A stretch of DNA of 64,000 bases from Bacteroidales bacterium (GTDB taxonomy: Bacteria; Bacteroidota; Bacteroidia; Bacteroidales; P3), in the NCBI GenBank assembly GCA_016296345.1, contig JAEDJL010000003.1:4555-68554 (forward strand). Direction: 5' to 3'. Position 1 is the first letter of the stretch, and each line of letters opens with the position of its first letter. Under the pieces are notes generated by a model. It did no database searches. It was not told where the DNA came from and worked only from the letters and a program-made list of their open reading frames with translations. Made by a program: the position numbers and the translations under genes. Shown piece after piece: positions 53,995-62,183 of the stretch.

Positions 53995-55122
53995 ATGATA
54001 CAAACAGATTTTTACGTTTTGACACTTTGTTTCCTTTCCGGAACTACGGCATGTTTGATGTTGCTATGCCATTTCATGCTCAAAAGAAAAGGATACAAGT
54101 ATCGGTTTCAAAAGATACTCTCCGTGGTATTGTGTTGCCACGCTTTGGCATTTTTCAACAACTATTTTGTAATGTTGTTCGGCAAATCAGAAAATGCAGA
54201 CTTTATAAACACATTATTTCTCACCTACGACTTCTGCGTAAGCAGTCTGTGGATAGTTTTTATCATCGATTTGATCTCTCCAAAACTCTACAAGCTCAAA
54301 CACCTTCTCACCATACCCGGCACATTTGTGCTTTCAATCATAATATATGCCATAACAGGCAGCGACTACATTTATTTCTTCGACTTGTCTCTCACCTGCC
54401 TCTTAGTAATCGTGTTCTATATCATCTTGGAAATAAGAGTGAAGCGATACACATCAACGCTGAAACAAAACATCTCCGACCTTCAATACTTCGACCTGCA
54501 ATGGGTTTGTGTGGTATTGAGGGTTCTGCTTGTCATGGCAAGCGTATGGATTGCCGAAAGCATAGTTCAAAAATCGTGGTTCTCGACCGAACACAACTCA
54601 AACAACCTGATAATCGATATTCTCTGGTGTCTGATTGCCGGAATTGTCGCCCTGTATATCACAAAGAGTGCAATGAACCAACAAATCTACACCATAAACA
54701 GCGAAAGCAAAGACACAAATAAAGCAAACGACAACCCTTCGCAAGAAAAAGCATATTACGCAAAGGCAATCAAACAAAACATCGACGAGATTATCCTAAG
54801 CAAACAATACTACCTGAACAAAGACCTCTCACTCAACTCACTTGCCTCACTGCTCGGCACAAACAGACAATACCTGTCGAGCTATATCAAGAACATCAAG
54901 CATTCCACGTTTTACGACTATGTGAATGAGTTTCGTCTTTCGTCAGTTCTCGAAAAACTGAACGCAACCGACAACTTGAAACAAGTCGATTGGGAAGAGA
55001 TTATCGGCTCTTGCGGCTTCAACTCCTACTCCACATTTTTGAGAGTATTCAAAAAACGCTTCAAGATGTTGCCTTCAAAATACGTCAAAGAGCTGCAAAA
55101 GAGCAAATCTCCCGACAAATAA
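53995..55122 (+). CDS. Membrane-anchored AraC-family transcriptional regulator
   Basis: 375 aa. About six N-terminal hydrophobic helices, then an AraC HTH pair (LSLNSLASLLGTNRQYLSSYIK......F.DYVN.FRL ... SCGFNSYSTFLRVFKK.F...PS.Y). TAAATTTG lies at 53983-53990, 4 nt before the ATG. Confidence 0.8.
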   Translation: MIQTDFYVLTLCFLSGTTACLMLLCHFMLKRKGYKYRFQKILSVVLCCHALAFFNNYFVMLFGKSENADFINTLFLTYDFCVSSLWIVFIIDLISPKLYKLKHLLTIPGTFVLSIIIYAITGSDYIYFFDLSLTCLLVIVFYIILEIRVKRYTSTLKQNISDLQYFDLQWVCVVLRVLLVMASVWIAESIVQKSWFSTEHNSNNLIIDILWCLIAGIVALYITKSAMNQQIYTINSESKDTNKANDNPSQEKAYYAKAIKQNIDEIILSKQYYLNKDLSLNSLASLLGTNRQYLSSYIKNIKHSTFYDYVNEFRLSSVLEKLNATDNLKQVDWEEIIGSCGFNSYSTFLRVFKKRFKMLPSKYVKELQKSKSPDK

Positions 55123-55188
55123 CCACCCAAGTTACATTCCTCTACCCTTTCATGACGATATAATGACGTGATTTGCAATTACGCTTTG

Positions 55189-55372
55189 TATCTTTTTACG
55201 CTTTTGCCCCTGCAGGGCGTTGCTAATCCTCCATTTTCTTCGGGAAACGTATTGGCATTATCTCTCATACCATATTTTCGGGCGGTATTGGCATTGTTTT
55301 ATTTCTATACATCTTCGGGCTGAAAGTCCGAAAAGCACACAGCTCGGGGCAGAGCGAAAGCGTCGCCCCGAG
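55189..55372 (+). repeat. Copy A of a ~200-nt structured repeat element (direct repeat with copy B at 61714..61954)
   Basis: Shares tatctttttacgcttttgcccctgcagggcg (31 nt) and cgggctgaaagtccgaaaagca.a.cagctcggggcagagcg with copy B. Contains the palindrome GCCCTGCAGGGC and two hairpins capped by GAAA loops (tcgggc-tgaaa-gtccga; ctcggggc..gagc-GAAA-gcgtc-gccccgag). Confidence 0.8.
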
Positions 55373-55491
55373 TTAATAATACCTTACAATAATCGCCATG
55401 TAGGGTCAAAAGCGTTCTTATACTACCACATATAAGAGGCAGTTTTGCGTAAATCACCAAAAAAAAATTGCACGATTAAAGCGAAATTTTA

Positions 55492-55499
55492 TATCTTTG
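55492..55499 (+). promoter_or_regulatory. -7 box (TATCTTTG), candidate promoter of the two-gene cassette, implying a ~385-nt leader
   Basis: ttatatctttgcaagc. No other TAnnTTTG box was seen between here and the ATG at 55892. Confidence 0.4.
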
Positions 55500-55776
55500 C
55501 AAGCTGAAAACCAACAAAAAGAAAGGAGACAAAAGAAACAGAAAGTAAAAGACATTAGAATTAGTACATTTTATTAGACATATAAAAGCGTTTTTGCTTA
55601 TACTCGTAGATGTGAAACTTGGAACATTTCATAAAATCAACTGGTAGTTAAGCCAAGAACGCTCGCGATTATTATCGTGGGCTTTTCTTGTTCAGTTGAT
55701 TAGGTAGTTCCAAGACCTCACATTACAATAAGAAATCAAGTCCCACGACTTTTTTATGTCCGTACGTCAAGAAAAA

Positions 55777-55801
55777 GCAAAGCAAAGCAAAGCAAAGCAA
55801 A
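55777..55801. repeat. (GCAAA)5 pentanucleotide microsatellite followed by degenerate GTAAA/CAAA units
   Basis: gcaaagcaaagcaaagcaaagcaaa counted directly, about 90 nt upstream of the ATG at 55892. Confidence 0.9.
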
Positions 55802-55891
55802 GTAAACAAACAAATCAAAGAAAAAAATCGCCTTGGGGACTTGGGCGGAGTAAAAAAAACAGATTTTAGAAACAATTAAAAATTTATCGAA

Positions 55892-56857
55892 ATGAAAAGG
55901 ACATTTTTATTGATTTGCACCATACTATGTGCAAACGTGCTTATGGCACAAGAACAGTTAGCAGTATTGAGACATAACGACTCTACAAGCGTCTTTTATG
56001 GGCAATCTGCATTCGTACAAGCCTACACAGCCGCAACACACGGCGACATCATCACCCTATCAGACGGAATATTCACCGCACCAGGCAGTGTACGAAAAGG
56101 AATCACCGTCAGAGGAAACGGAGCCGTTGCAGATACTGCACGAAGAAGCACAGGAACTTATTTTATGGAAAATTTTCAAGTTGCTCAATTGGGAGATTCA
56201 TTACAATTCTCAGCAGAAGGAATTTATTTTAATTATTTTAATTCACACCAATCCTACGACATAAAACTTACAAGGTGTTATATGAAGTATTTTTCTCAAA
56301 ATGGTGGTGTGCAAGCAACTAATTGTATAATAAAAGGTACTGCAGACGGTACTTCATCTCAAAATAATACATATACTAACTGTGTTATAAATAATAATGG
56401 TACTAATTATTATATTCCTAATTTCGTAATTTGTAATCATTGTATAATATCAGGAAATGATTCTTATAGTTATTCTTCTTATCAATTTAACAATTGTGTG
56501 GTAAGAAAAAGCGGTGGTAATGATACTATCCTTAATGGTGCTGTAAATTATAGCGTTCTTATTGGTTTTACTGGTACTAATAGTCCTACTTCTTCTGGGA
56601 ATGTTGCGATGAGTCTTAGTGATGTGTTTGAAAATTGGAATGGAAATAGTCTTCCTACTGATTTAGAGACATACGTTTTGAAGTCTTCTGTTTCTGATAG
56701 CATTCAAAGTTTGGACGGAAGTGAGGTTGGAATTTTTGGGGGCTTTATGCCTTTTGATTGGAGACCGTCTTATAGTATTATTAAGAGGTTTAATGTTGCT
56801 AATCGTACTACTGCGGACGGAAAGTTGAGTGTGGACATTGAGGTAATAAGTGAATAA
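55892..56857 (+). CDS. Secreted hypothetical protein, probably right-handed parallel beta-helix-like
   Basis: 321 aa. Signal peptide MKRTFLLICTILCANVLMAQ, then GDIITLSDGIF...GITVRGNG. A periodic (T/N)NC(I/V)I motif recurs (TNCIIKG, TNCVINN, CNHCIISG, NNCVVRK). No T9SS CTD recognised. Confidence 0.6.
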   Translation: MKRTFLLICTILCANVLMAQEQLAVLRHNDSTSVFYGQSAFVQAYTAATHGDIITLSDGIFTAPGSVRKGITVRGNGAVADTARRSTGTYFMENFQVAQLGDSLQFSAEGIYFNYFNSHQSYDIKLTRCYMKYFSQNGGVQATNCIIKGTADGTSSQNNTYTNCVINNNGTNYYIPNFVICNHCIISGNDSYSYSSYQFNNCVVRKSGGNDTILNGAVNYSVLIGFTGTNSPTSSGNVAMSLSDVFENWNGNSLPTDLETYVLKSSVSDSIQSLDGSEVGIFGGFMPFDWRPSYSIIKRFNVANRTTADGKLSVDIEVISE

Positions 56858-56868
56858 ATCTTACAGCA

Positions 56869-59800
56869 ATGAGACGTTGCTTTTTAATTTTACTTTGTCT
56901 GCTTTTGTCTGTGGGTTTGCAGGCTCAAAACAGCTTTCTTTTGCAATATTGGTTAGACAGAGACTACTCCGATAGGCAAAGCATAGCATTTGAGGGCAAT
57001 GGCTTGCAGGCAGAGTTGGATTTTGCAGACTTAAACGAAGGACTTCACTCCTTAGACTTGCAGGTGCAAGACACAGGCGGTTGGTCTTCGCCCGCTTCTT
57101 TCACTTTTTTGAAGCTTAGCACAGCTTTGCAAGATGGAGAAGTGGCGAATGCTACCTATAAGTATTGGGTAGATAGAGACAGCACCGATTTTGTTTCGGG
57201 TTCTCTAAGCAATGGAACAATTTTGCTCGACCTTGCCGATTTGGAAACAGGTTTGCATAGACTTAATGTGTTGGTTGAGCAAGCGGGAAGCCCTTCTTAC
57301 GTTAATTGTTTCTCTTTTTTGAAAATCAACGACACGCTTTCTTCCTCCGGAGCGGGAGATTTGACTTATAAGTGTTGGTTTGATAATAATTTCGATTCTT
57401 TACAAAGTGGAAGTGTGGGAAATGGTGTTGTGCTGTTGGAGACTGCTTGGCTCGAAACAGGCATTCATACGGTGAATGTGATTGTTGAGCGTGGGGGAGT
57501 TGCTTCTTACATCAATAGTTATTCGTTTTTGAAACTCGATGAGTTGTTTTCGCAAGACGATATTACTTCGGCTACTTTTAAATATTGGTTTGACGGAGAT
57601 ATTGCTTCGGCTCAGAGTGGCAATGTTGCTGATGGGAATGTGCTTTTGGAGACTGCCGGGCTTGAAGCGGGCATTCATACGGTGAATGTGATTATTGAGT
57701 GTGGCGGAGTTACTTCTTACGTTAATAATTATTCGTTTTTGAAACTCAATGAGTTGTTTTCGCAAGACGGTATTGCTTTGGCAACTTATAAGTATTGGTT
57801 TGATGGTGATTTTGCTTCGGCTCAAAGTGGCAATGTTGCTGATGGGAATGTGCTTTTGGAGACTGCTGGGCTTGAAAGCGGGTTGCACACTATTGATGTG
57901 ATTGTGGAAGTAAACGGTGTTCACTCTTTTGTTTCTTCTTATATGTTCTATAAGTTGGAAGATGTGCTTGCGGAAGGTGCAAACGGTGGGGCGTTGTCTT
58001 ATAGTTATTGGTTCGATGAGGATTTTGCCGATAGAAGAACAGGTACTTTAAGCAATGGAAATCTTATTCTTGAAACCGATTCTTTGCCTGCGGGTATTCA
58101 TTATGTCAATATTCAGGTGAACAACTCTACTCCTTCGGCTTTGTCAAGGCATATCTTCTTTAAGGAGCCTTTGGGTGGTTTGGGTGTTTGCAAGTATGAG
58201 TATTGGTTGAATGATGACTTTTCTTCTCGCACTGCGGTAACGGTTAATCCTCCTTCTGCGGACTATGAACTTGTTTCTCTTATGCCTATGGATACGGTGG
58301 CGTTCAATCCGATGTCGATGTACTTCGAACCGAACGAGGGAAGCCCTATTGTGTATGCTCAAAACAAGATTCACTTCCGTTTTTGGAACAATTTGGATTT
58401 CTTTTCCGACACTGTGAAGACGTATGTGGATATGATGGTTTCGCGTTTTGTGATTGCTGATACTATTGAGCGGAACACTACCGAACTAATCGCTACTCCT
58501 TCGGGCGAAGATATTCATTGGTTTATGTTACATTCAGAGATTGGGGATTCTATTGCGTTTAAGGCAGACAAAGGTTGTGCTTTGCAGTTGTTTAATCCTG
58601 CGGGCGAGAGGGTTATGTCGTCTTCCGGTATTGATGTTTTGGATTGGAATAGTCTTACTTCTATGGAAAGCGGTTGGTATCACTTGGCTGTGTCTAATGG
58701 TTCGACAAATAATCCTAATTTAAACGTGTCTTATTTCCGTTTAGGCAAGTTTGATGTTGTGGATTATGACGTTGATAGAGTCGGAAACGGTGGTTACACA
58801 AATATAAACTATGTTGGAAATGGTTTTGATAGCCTTAACACTGTGATGTACATAAATGCGTTGAACGATACTATCACTCACGTTCAAATAGGACACGAAA
58901 CAAATAATCATACGAGTGTTTTGTTTAATTTCAGCGGAGCAGACACAGGAGTTTATCGTGCTGTATTTGTGTTTAACGACTATGTACTGACAATAGACAG
59001 TGCTTTAACAATCGAAACTGCAAGAGATATTATCTTGACTTCAAATGTAAGTTTCCCGGAAAGCTTTTTGAGAGGTTCAAAAGTAAAATACACTGTCACT
59101 ATAACTAATACAGGAAATATGACAGCAAGTAATGTTCCTTTCTATACTTATATAGGGACGCCAGGTCGTATAGATACTATAATGATGAGTGGAAATGTTT
59201 CCTTTATTCGTTATGGTGGATTGGATTTACCAAAAATTGATGAGGATGTTTATTATGGAGATTTGCCTGAAAACGAAGGAAATGAAATAAGAAATTGGGC
59301 AAATAATTGGGATGAAGAACATGGAGATTTAGCACATTTCTTCCTTTCTGAAACTAACGATGAAGAAACCGGAGAAGAAGTAACAGTAAGAAGTAATTAT
59401 CATTATATTACTCTTGCTCCTTACGAAACAAGAACTCTTGAATTGGAAATAGAATCAAATGAAGAAGTAGAAGTGTGGATTACTATCCCTGATACTATTC
59501 CTCCTATTTATATTCCAAATCCAAATGAGCCAGAACCTGACCCAAGTAATCCTAATCTTTCATGGAGAGACCAATTTTGTTGTGTAAAAGATAAAGTTGA
59601 TTGTATTATAGATGCTGTAAGTACTGGTTTTGATTTAGCAAGTACACTCAGTGGAGTATTTGCTCCTGGCACACCTGTTGCAACAATAACTTCTGTTGCA
59701 AATTGTATTTTTTCTATGTTCAATTTTGCGTATTCAAATATTGGGGCAAGATTATGTCCAAATCAAGTAAATGATTTGATAACGGAAGGACTTAATACAG

Positions 59801-61635
59801 TAAAAGCTCCTTTATCTCTTGCGAGTATGGGAGTAGGTTGCTTTTCTGCTATGAAGAATGCTTTGGGTATTAATTTTATTGCAGGTGGTGGAACAAGAGC
59901 CTTAGAACAAATAACCTGTTTATTAAGTGGAGCAAATATTGCAACCACTTCATTTTCTTGTACAGAATCTTTTGGAAGAAAGAATTCTGATTGTTTACCA
60001 CAACCACGTAAAGGTGGAAAGTCTAACCCTGTTTATTCTTTTGACCCTAATGAAATCTACGGTTACATTGCTGAATCGGGCAGTTTGGCTGTGGGTAGTG
60101 AGGTTGAAGAATTATTCTATACTATTCAGTTTGAAAACGACACTGTTTTTGCTTCTTCAAATGCAAGTAATGTTTACTTGACTGATAGTTTGGATAGCGA
60201 TTTGTTTGATTTGTCTTCTTTCAAATCCAGAAAAGTAATAATTGGTAGCAAGGAAATAACTTTGAATGGAGAGAAAGAATTTACAAGAACAATGGATATG
60301 CGTCCTGACATTAATTGTTTGGCTCAAATTAGTTTGAGTTTTGATTCTGTAAATGGCGTTGCTTCTTGGGCATTCTCTACTCTCGATCCTATTACCTTGG
60401 AGGAAATAAACATTCCAAGCAGAGGTTTCTTGCCGGTTAATTACTATGGTGAGGGAATAGGTGAAGTGATGTTTACTATCAATAGGAAGACTAATCTTGC
60501 GGATAGTACTTTGATTCCAAATTATGCTACTATTATTTTTGACAATAACGAGGGTATAAATACTTCTCTTTGGCAAAATGTTGTTGATGTTACTCCTCCA
60601 CAAAGTAGTGTAAGCAATATTGCAATTACTGATACTATGGCAACACTAACTGTAACTGCAAGCGATAATATTTCGGGAGTGTGGAAGTATAATGTGTTTG
60701 CTCAATATGGTACTACTGCCGAATGGGAAAGTATTGCAGAAAACATTCCTATTGACAGCATGGTTTCAGTCAGGGTTTATGATGGATTGAATACAGGTTT
60801 CGTTTCTATCGCTATTGACTCTGCAGGAAACATGGAAAACAAGCCAATGTTGAGAGATAACGACATATTTGCTTTGCATGTTTATACTGAAACAAATCCT
60901 GAGCGAGGTTATGTTAGCGGTTTGGGTAGTTATGATAGTTTGAGTGTTGTTGAAATCACAGCAGTACCGAATAGTTGTTATAGTTTTGTAAGTTGGAATG
61001 ACGGAAATACCAACAATCCGAGAACATTTACCCTTACAAAAGATACTTGCCTTACTGCTATATTTGAAAGCATCGACTTCTCAAACAGCATTACTGCTGC
61101 AATTTGCGAGGGAAGCACCTACACCGAGAACGGCTTCAATGTAAGCGAGGCAGGAGTTTACACTCAGAACTTGCAAACCGCAAATGGTTGTGATAGCACG
61201 GTAACTTTGACCTTGACCGTAAACCCTGTTTATAATATCACTATTGATGCGACAATCAATCAAGGTGATGTATATCAGGAAAACGGATTTGACGTGAGCG
61301 AGGCAGGTGTTTACACTCAGAACTTGCAAAGCGTAAATGGTTGCGACAGTGTGATAGTGTTGAACTTGACCGTGAACTCATCGCTTGGCGATGTGGTTGC
61401 AAACTCGATTGAAGTCGCTTTGTATCCTAACCCTGCAGAGGACTATACCGTTTTGAAAGTGCAAGGCTTGAAGGAGCAAACCAAAGTAGCTTTGTTTGAC
61501 ATAAGAGGTCGCAAACTAAGAGAGTTTGACCTTGCTGTAGGAACGGAGAGCATAAGGCTTGACCTTCGAGACCTGCCAAGCGGAGTTTATACTCTCATGA
61601 TTGGAAACACCACAAAGAAACTCATTGTCGAATAA
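56869..61635 (+). CDS. 1588-aa multidomain T9SS cargo (adhesin-like): 6-7 tandem ~68-aa repeats, PPC-like and CARDB-like modules, Cys-rich hydrophobic module, Ig-like modules, two GCDS modules, type A C-terminal sorting domain
   Basis: Signal peptide MRRCFLILLCLLLSVGLQAQ. Repeats of Y.YW.D.D......G...NG...L....L..G.H...V.V....... S...F.K. C-terminus LYPNPAEDYTVLKVQGL......LFDIRGRKL......ESIRLDLRDLPSGVYTLMIGNTTKKLIVE is typical of a type A CTD. Confidence 0.85.
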   Translation: MRRCFLILLCLLLSVGLQAQNSFLLQYWLDRDYSDRQSIAFEGNGLQAELDFADLNEGLHSLDLQVQDTGGWSSPASFTFLKLSTALQDGEVANATYKYWVDRDSTDFVSGSLSNGTILLDLADLETGLHRLNVLVEQAGSPSYVNCFSFLKINDTLSSSGAGDLTYKCWFDNNFDSLQSGSVGNGVVLLETAWLETGIHTVNVIVERGGVASYINSYSFLKLDELFSQDDITSATFKYWFDGDIASAQSGNVADGNVLLETAGLEAGIHTVNVIIECGGVTSYVNNYSFLKLNELFSQDGIALATYKYWFDGDFASAQSGNVADGNVLLETAGLESGLHTIDVIVEVNGVHSFVSSYMFYKLEDVLAEGANGGALSYSYWFDEDFADRRTGTLSNGNLILETDSLPAGIHYVNIQVNNSTPSALSRHIFFKEPLGGLGVCKYEYWLNDDFSSRTAVTVNPPSADYELVSLMPMDTVAFNPMSMYFEPNEGSPIVYAQNKIHFRFWNNLDFFSDTVKTYVDMMVSRFVIADTIERNTTELIATPSGEDIHWFMLHSEIGDSIAFKADKGCALQLFNPAGERVMSSSGIDVLDWNSLTSMESGWYHLAVSNGSTNNPNLNVSYFRLGKFDVVDYDVDRVGNGGYTNINYVGNGFDSLNTVMYINALNDTITHVQIGHETNNHTSVLFNFSGADTGVYRAVFVFNDYVLTIDSALTIETARDIILTSNVSFPESFLRGSKVKYTVTITNTGNMTASNVPFYTYIGTPGRIDTIMMSGNVSFIRYGGLDLPKIDEDVYYGDLPENEGNEIRNWANNWDEEHGDLAHFFLSETNDEETGEEVTVRSNYHYITLAPYETRTLELEIESNEEVEVWITIPDTIPPIYIPNPNEPEPDPSNPNLSWRDQFCCVKDKVDCIIDAVSTGFDLASTLSGVFAPGTPVATITSVANCIFSMFNFAYSNIGARLCPNQVNDLITEGLNTVKAPLSLASMGVGCFSAMKNALGINFIAGGGTRALEQITCLLSGANIATTSFSCTESFGRKNSDCLPQPRKGGKSNPVYSFDPNEIYGYIAESGSLAVGSEVEELFYTIQFENDTVFASSNASNVYLTDSLDSDLFDLSSFKSRKVIIGSKEITLNGEKEFTRTMDMRPDINCLAQISLSFDSVNGVASWAFSTLDPITLEEINIPSRGFLPVNYYGEGIGEVMFTINRKTNLADSTLIPNYATIIFDNNEGINTSLWQNVVDVTPPQSSVSNIAITDTMATLTVTASDNISGVWKYNVFAQYGTTAEWESIAENIPIDSMVSVRVYDGLNTGFVSIAIDSAGNMENKPMLRDNDIFALHVYTETNPERGYVSGLGSYDSLSVVEITAVPNSCYSFVSWNDGNTNNPRTFTLTKDTCLTAIFESIDFSNSITAAICEGSTYTENGFNVSEAGVYTQNLQTANGCDSTVTLTLTVNPVYNITIDATINQGDVYQENGFDVSEAGVYTQNLQSVNGCDSVIVLNLTVNSSLGDVVANSIEVALYPNPAEDYTVLKVQGLKEQTKVALFDIRGRKLREFDLAVGTESIRLDLRDLPSGVYTLMIGNTTKKLIVE
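56938..58190 (+). repeat. Tandem ~204-nt (68-codon) repeats inside the large CDS; the three central copies (about 57355-57975) are near-identical at the DNA level
   Basis: Direct comparison shows long identical strings, for example ggcattcatacggtgaatgtgatt, ttattcgtttttgaaactc, gagttgttttcgcaagacg and agtggcaatgttgctgatgggaatgtgcttttggagactgc, recurring at a ~204-nt period. Confidence 0.85.
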
Positions 61636-61713
61636 CGACAAAAACTGATTAAACATTTTCTTTTGGGGAGTTGTAAGGCGTGATGCCTTGCAGCTCTTTT
61701 TTGTTTGAAACAC

Positions 61714-61954
61714 TATCTTTTTACGCTTTTGCCCCTGCAGGGCGAAAGTTCCGTTGGTGGGCTTATCCCCTACGCGTTGCTTCGCTTTGCGTAGGGCTGT
61801 TCGCAGGCTGCCCCTGCAGGGCGTTGGGGCGTTGGTCGTTGTTCAGCTCTTATGCTTTTCCAACGTATTGATGTCGTTCTTTTCTTCATTATACCCTCGG
61901 GCTGAAAGTCCGAAAAGCAATCAGCTCGGGGCAGAGCGTCAGCATCGCAACGAG
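61714..61954 (+). repeat. Copy B of the ~200-nt repeat element (expanded and partly degenerate)
   Basis: Same 5' 31-mer and same cgggctgaaagtccgaaaagca...cagctcggggcagagcg block as copy A. The gcccctgcagggcg palindrome is duplicated (61731 and 61810) around an insert holding the hairpin ccctacgc...gcgtaggg. The 3' hairpin is decayed. Confidence 0.8.
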
Positions 61955-62183
61955 ATACAAAGCCTTTGACAGGGTGCAGCCGAATATCACCTTTGTTCTC
62001 TAATTCATGAGTATATTTGGATAGAAGTAAAAAGAAATAATTCAAGAAATTATTGACAAAATGGAAAAATCATAGAAAATAATCGTTAATTTTGCAATGA
62101 CAAATGGAAGTTATGAACGTTTCTAAGCAGGCTGCAGACAGATGTTTTGGAACACCACCCAATGACGTTATAGTACAAACATT

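Noticed and set aside
55220-55435. Small ORFs inside the ~200-nt repeat elements (55220..55435, 61680..61871, 61754..61969, 61770..62045)
   Set aside because: They overlap each other on both strands within repeat DNA and differ between the two copies through indels. They contain palindrome-derived peptides (PLQG), so the element looks like non-coding structured DNA or RNA.
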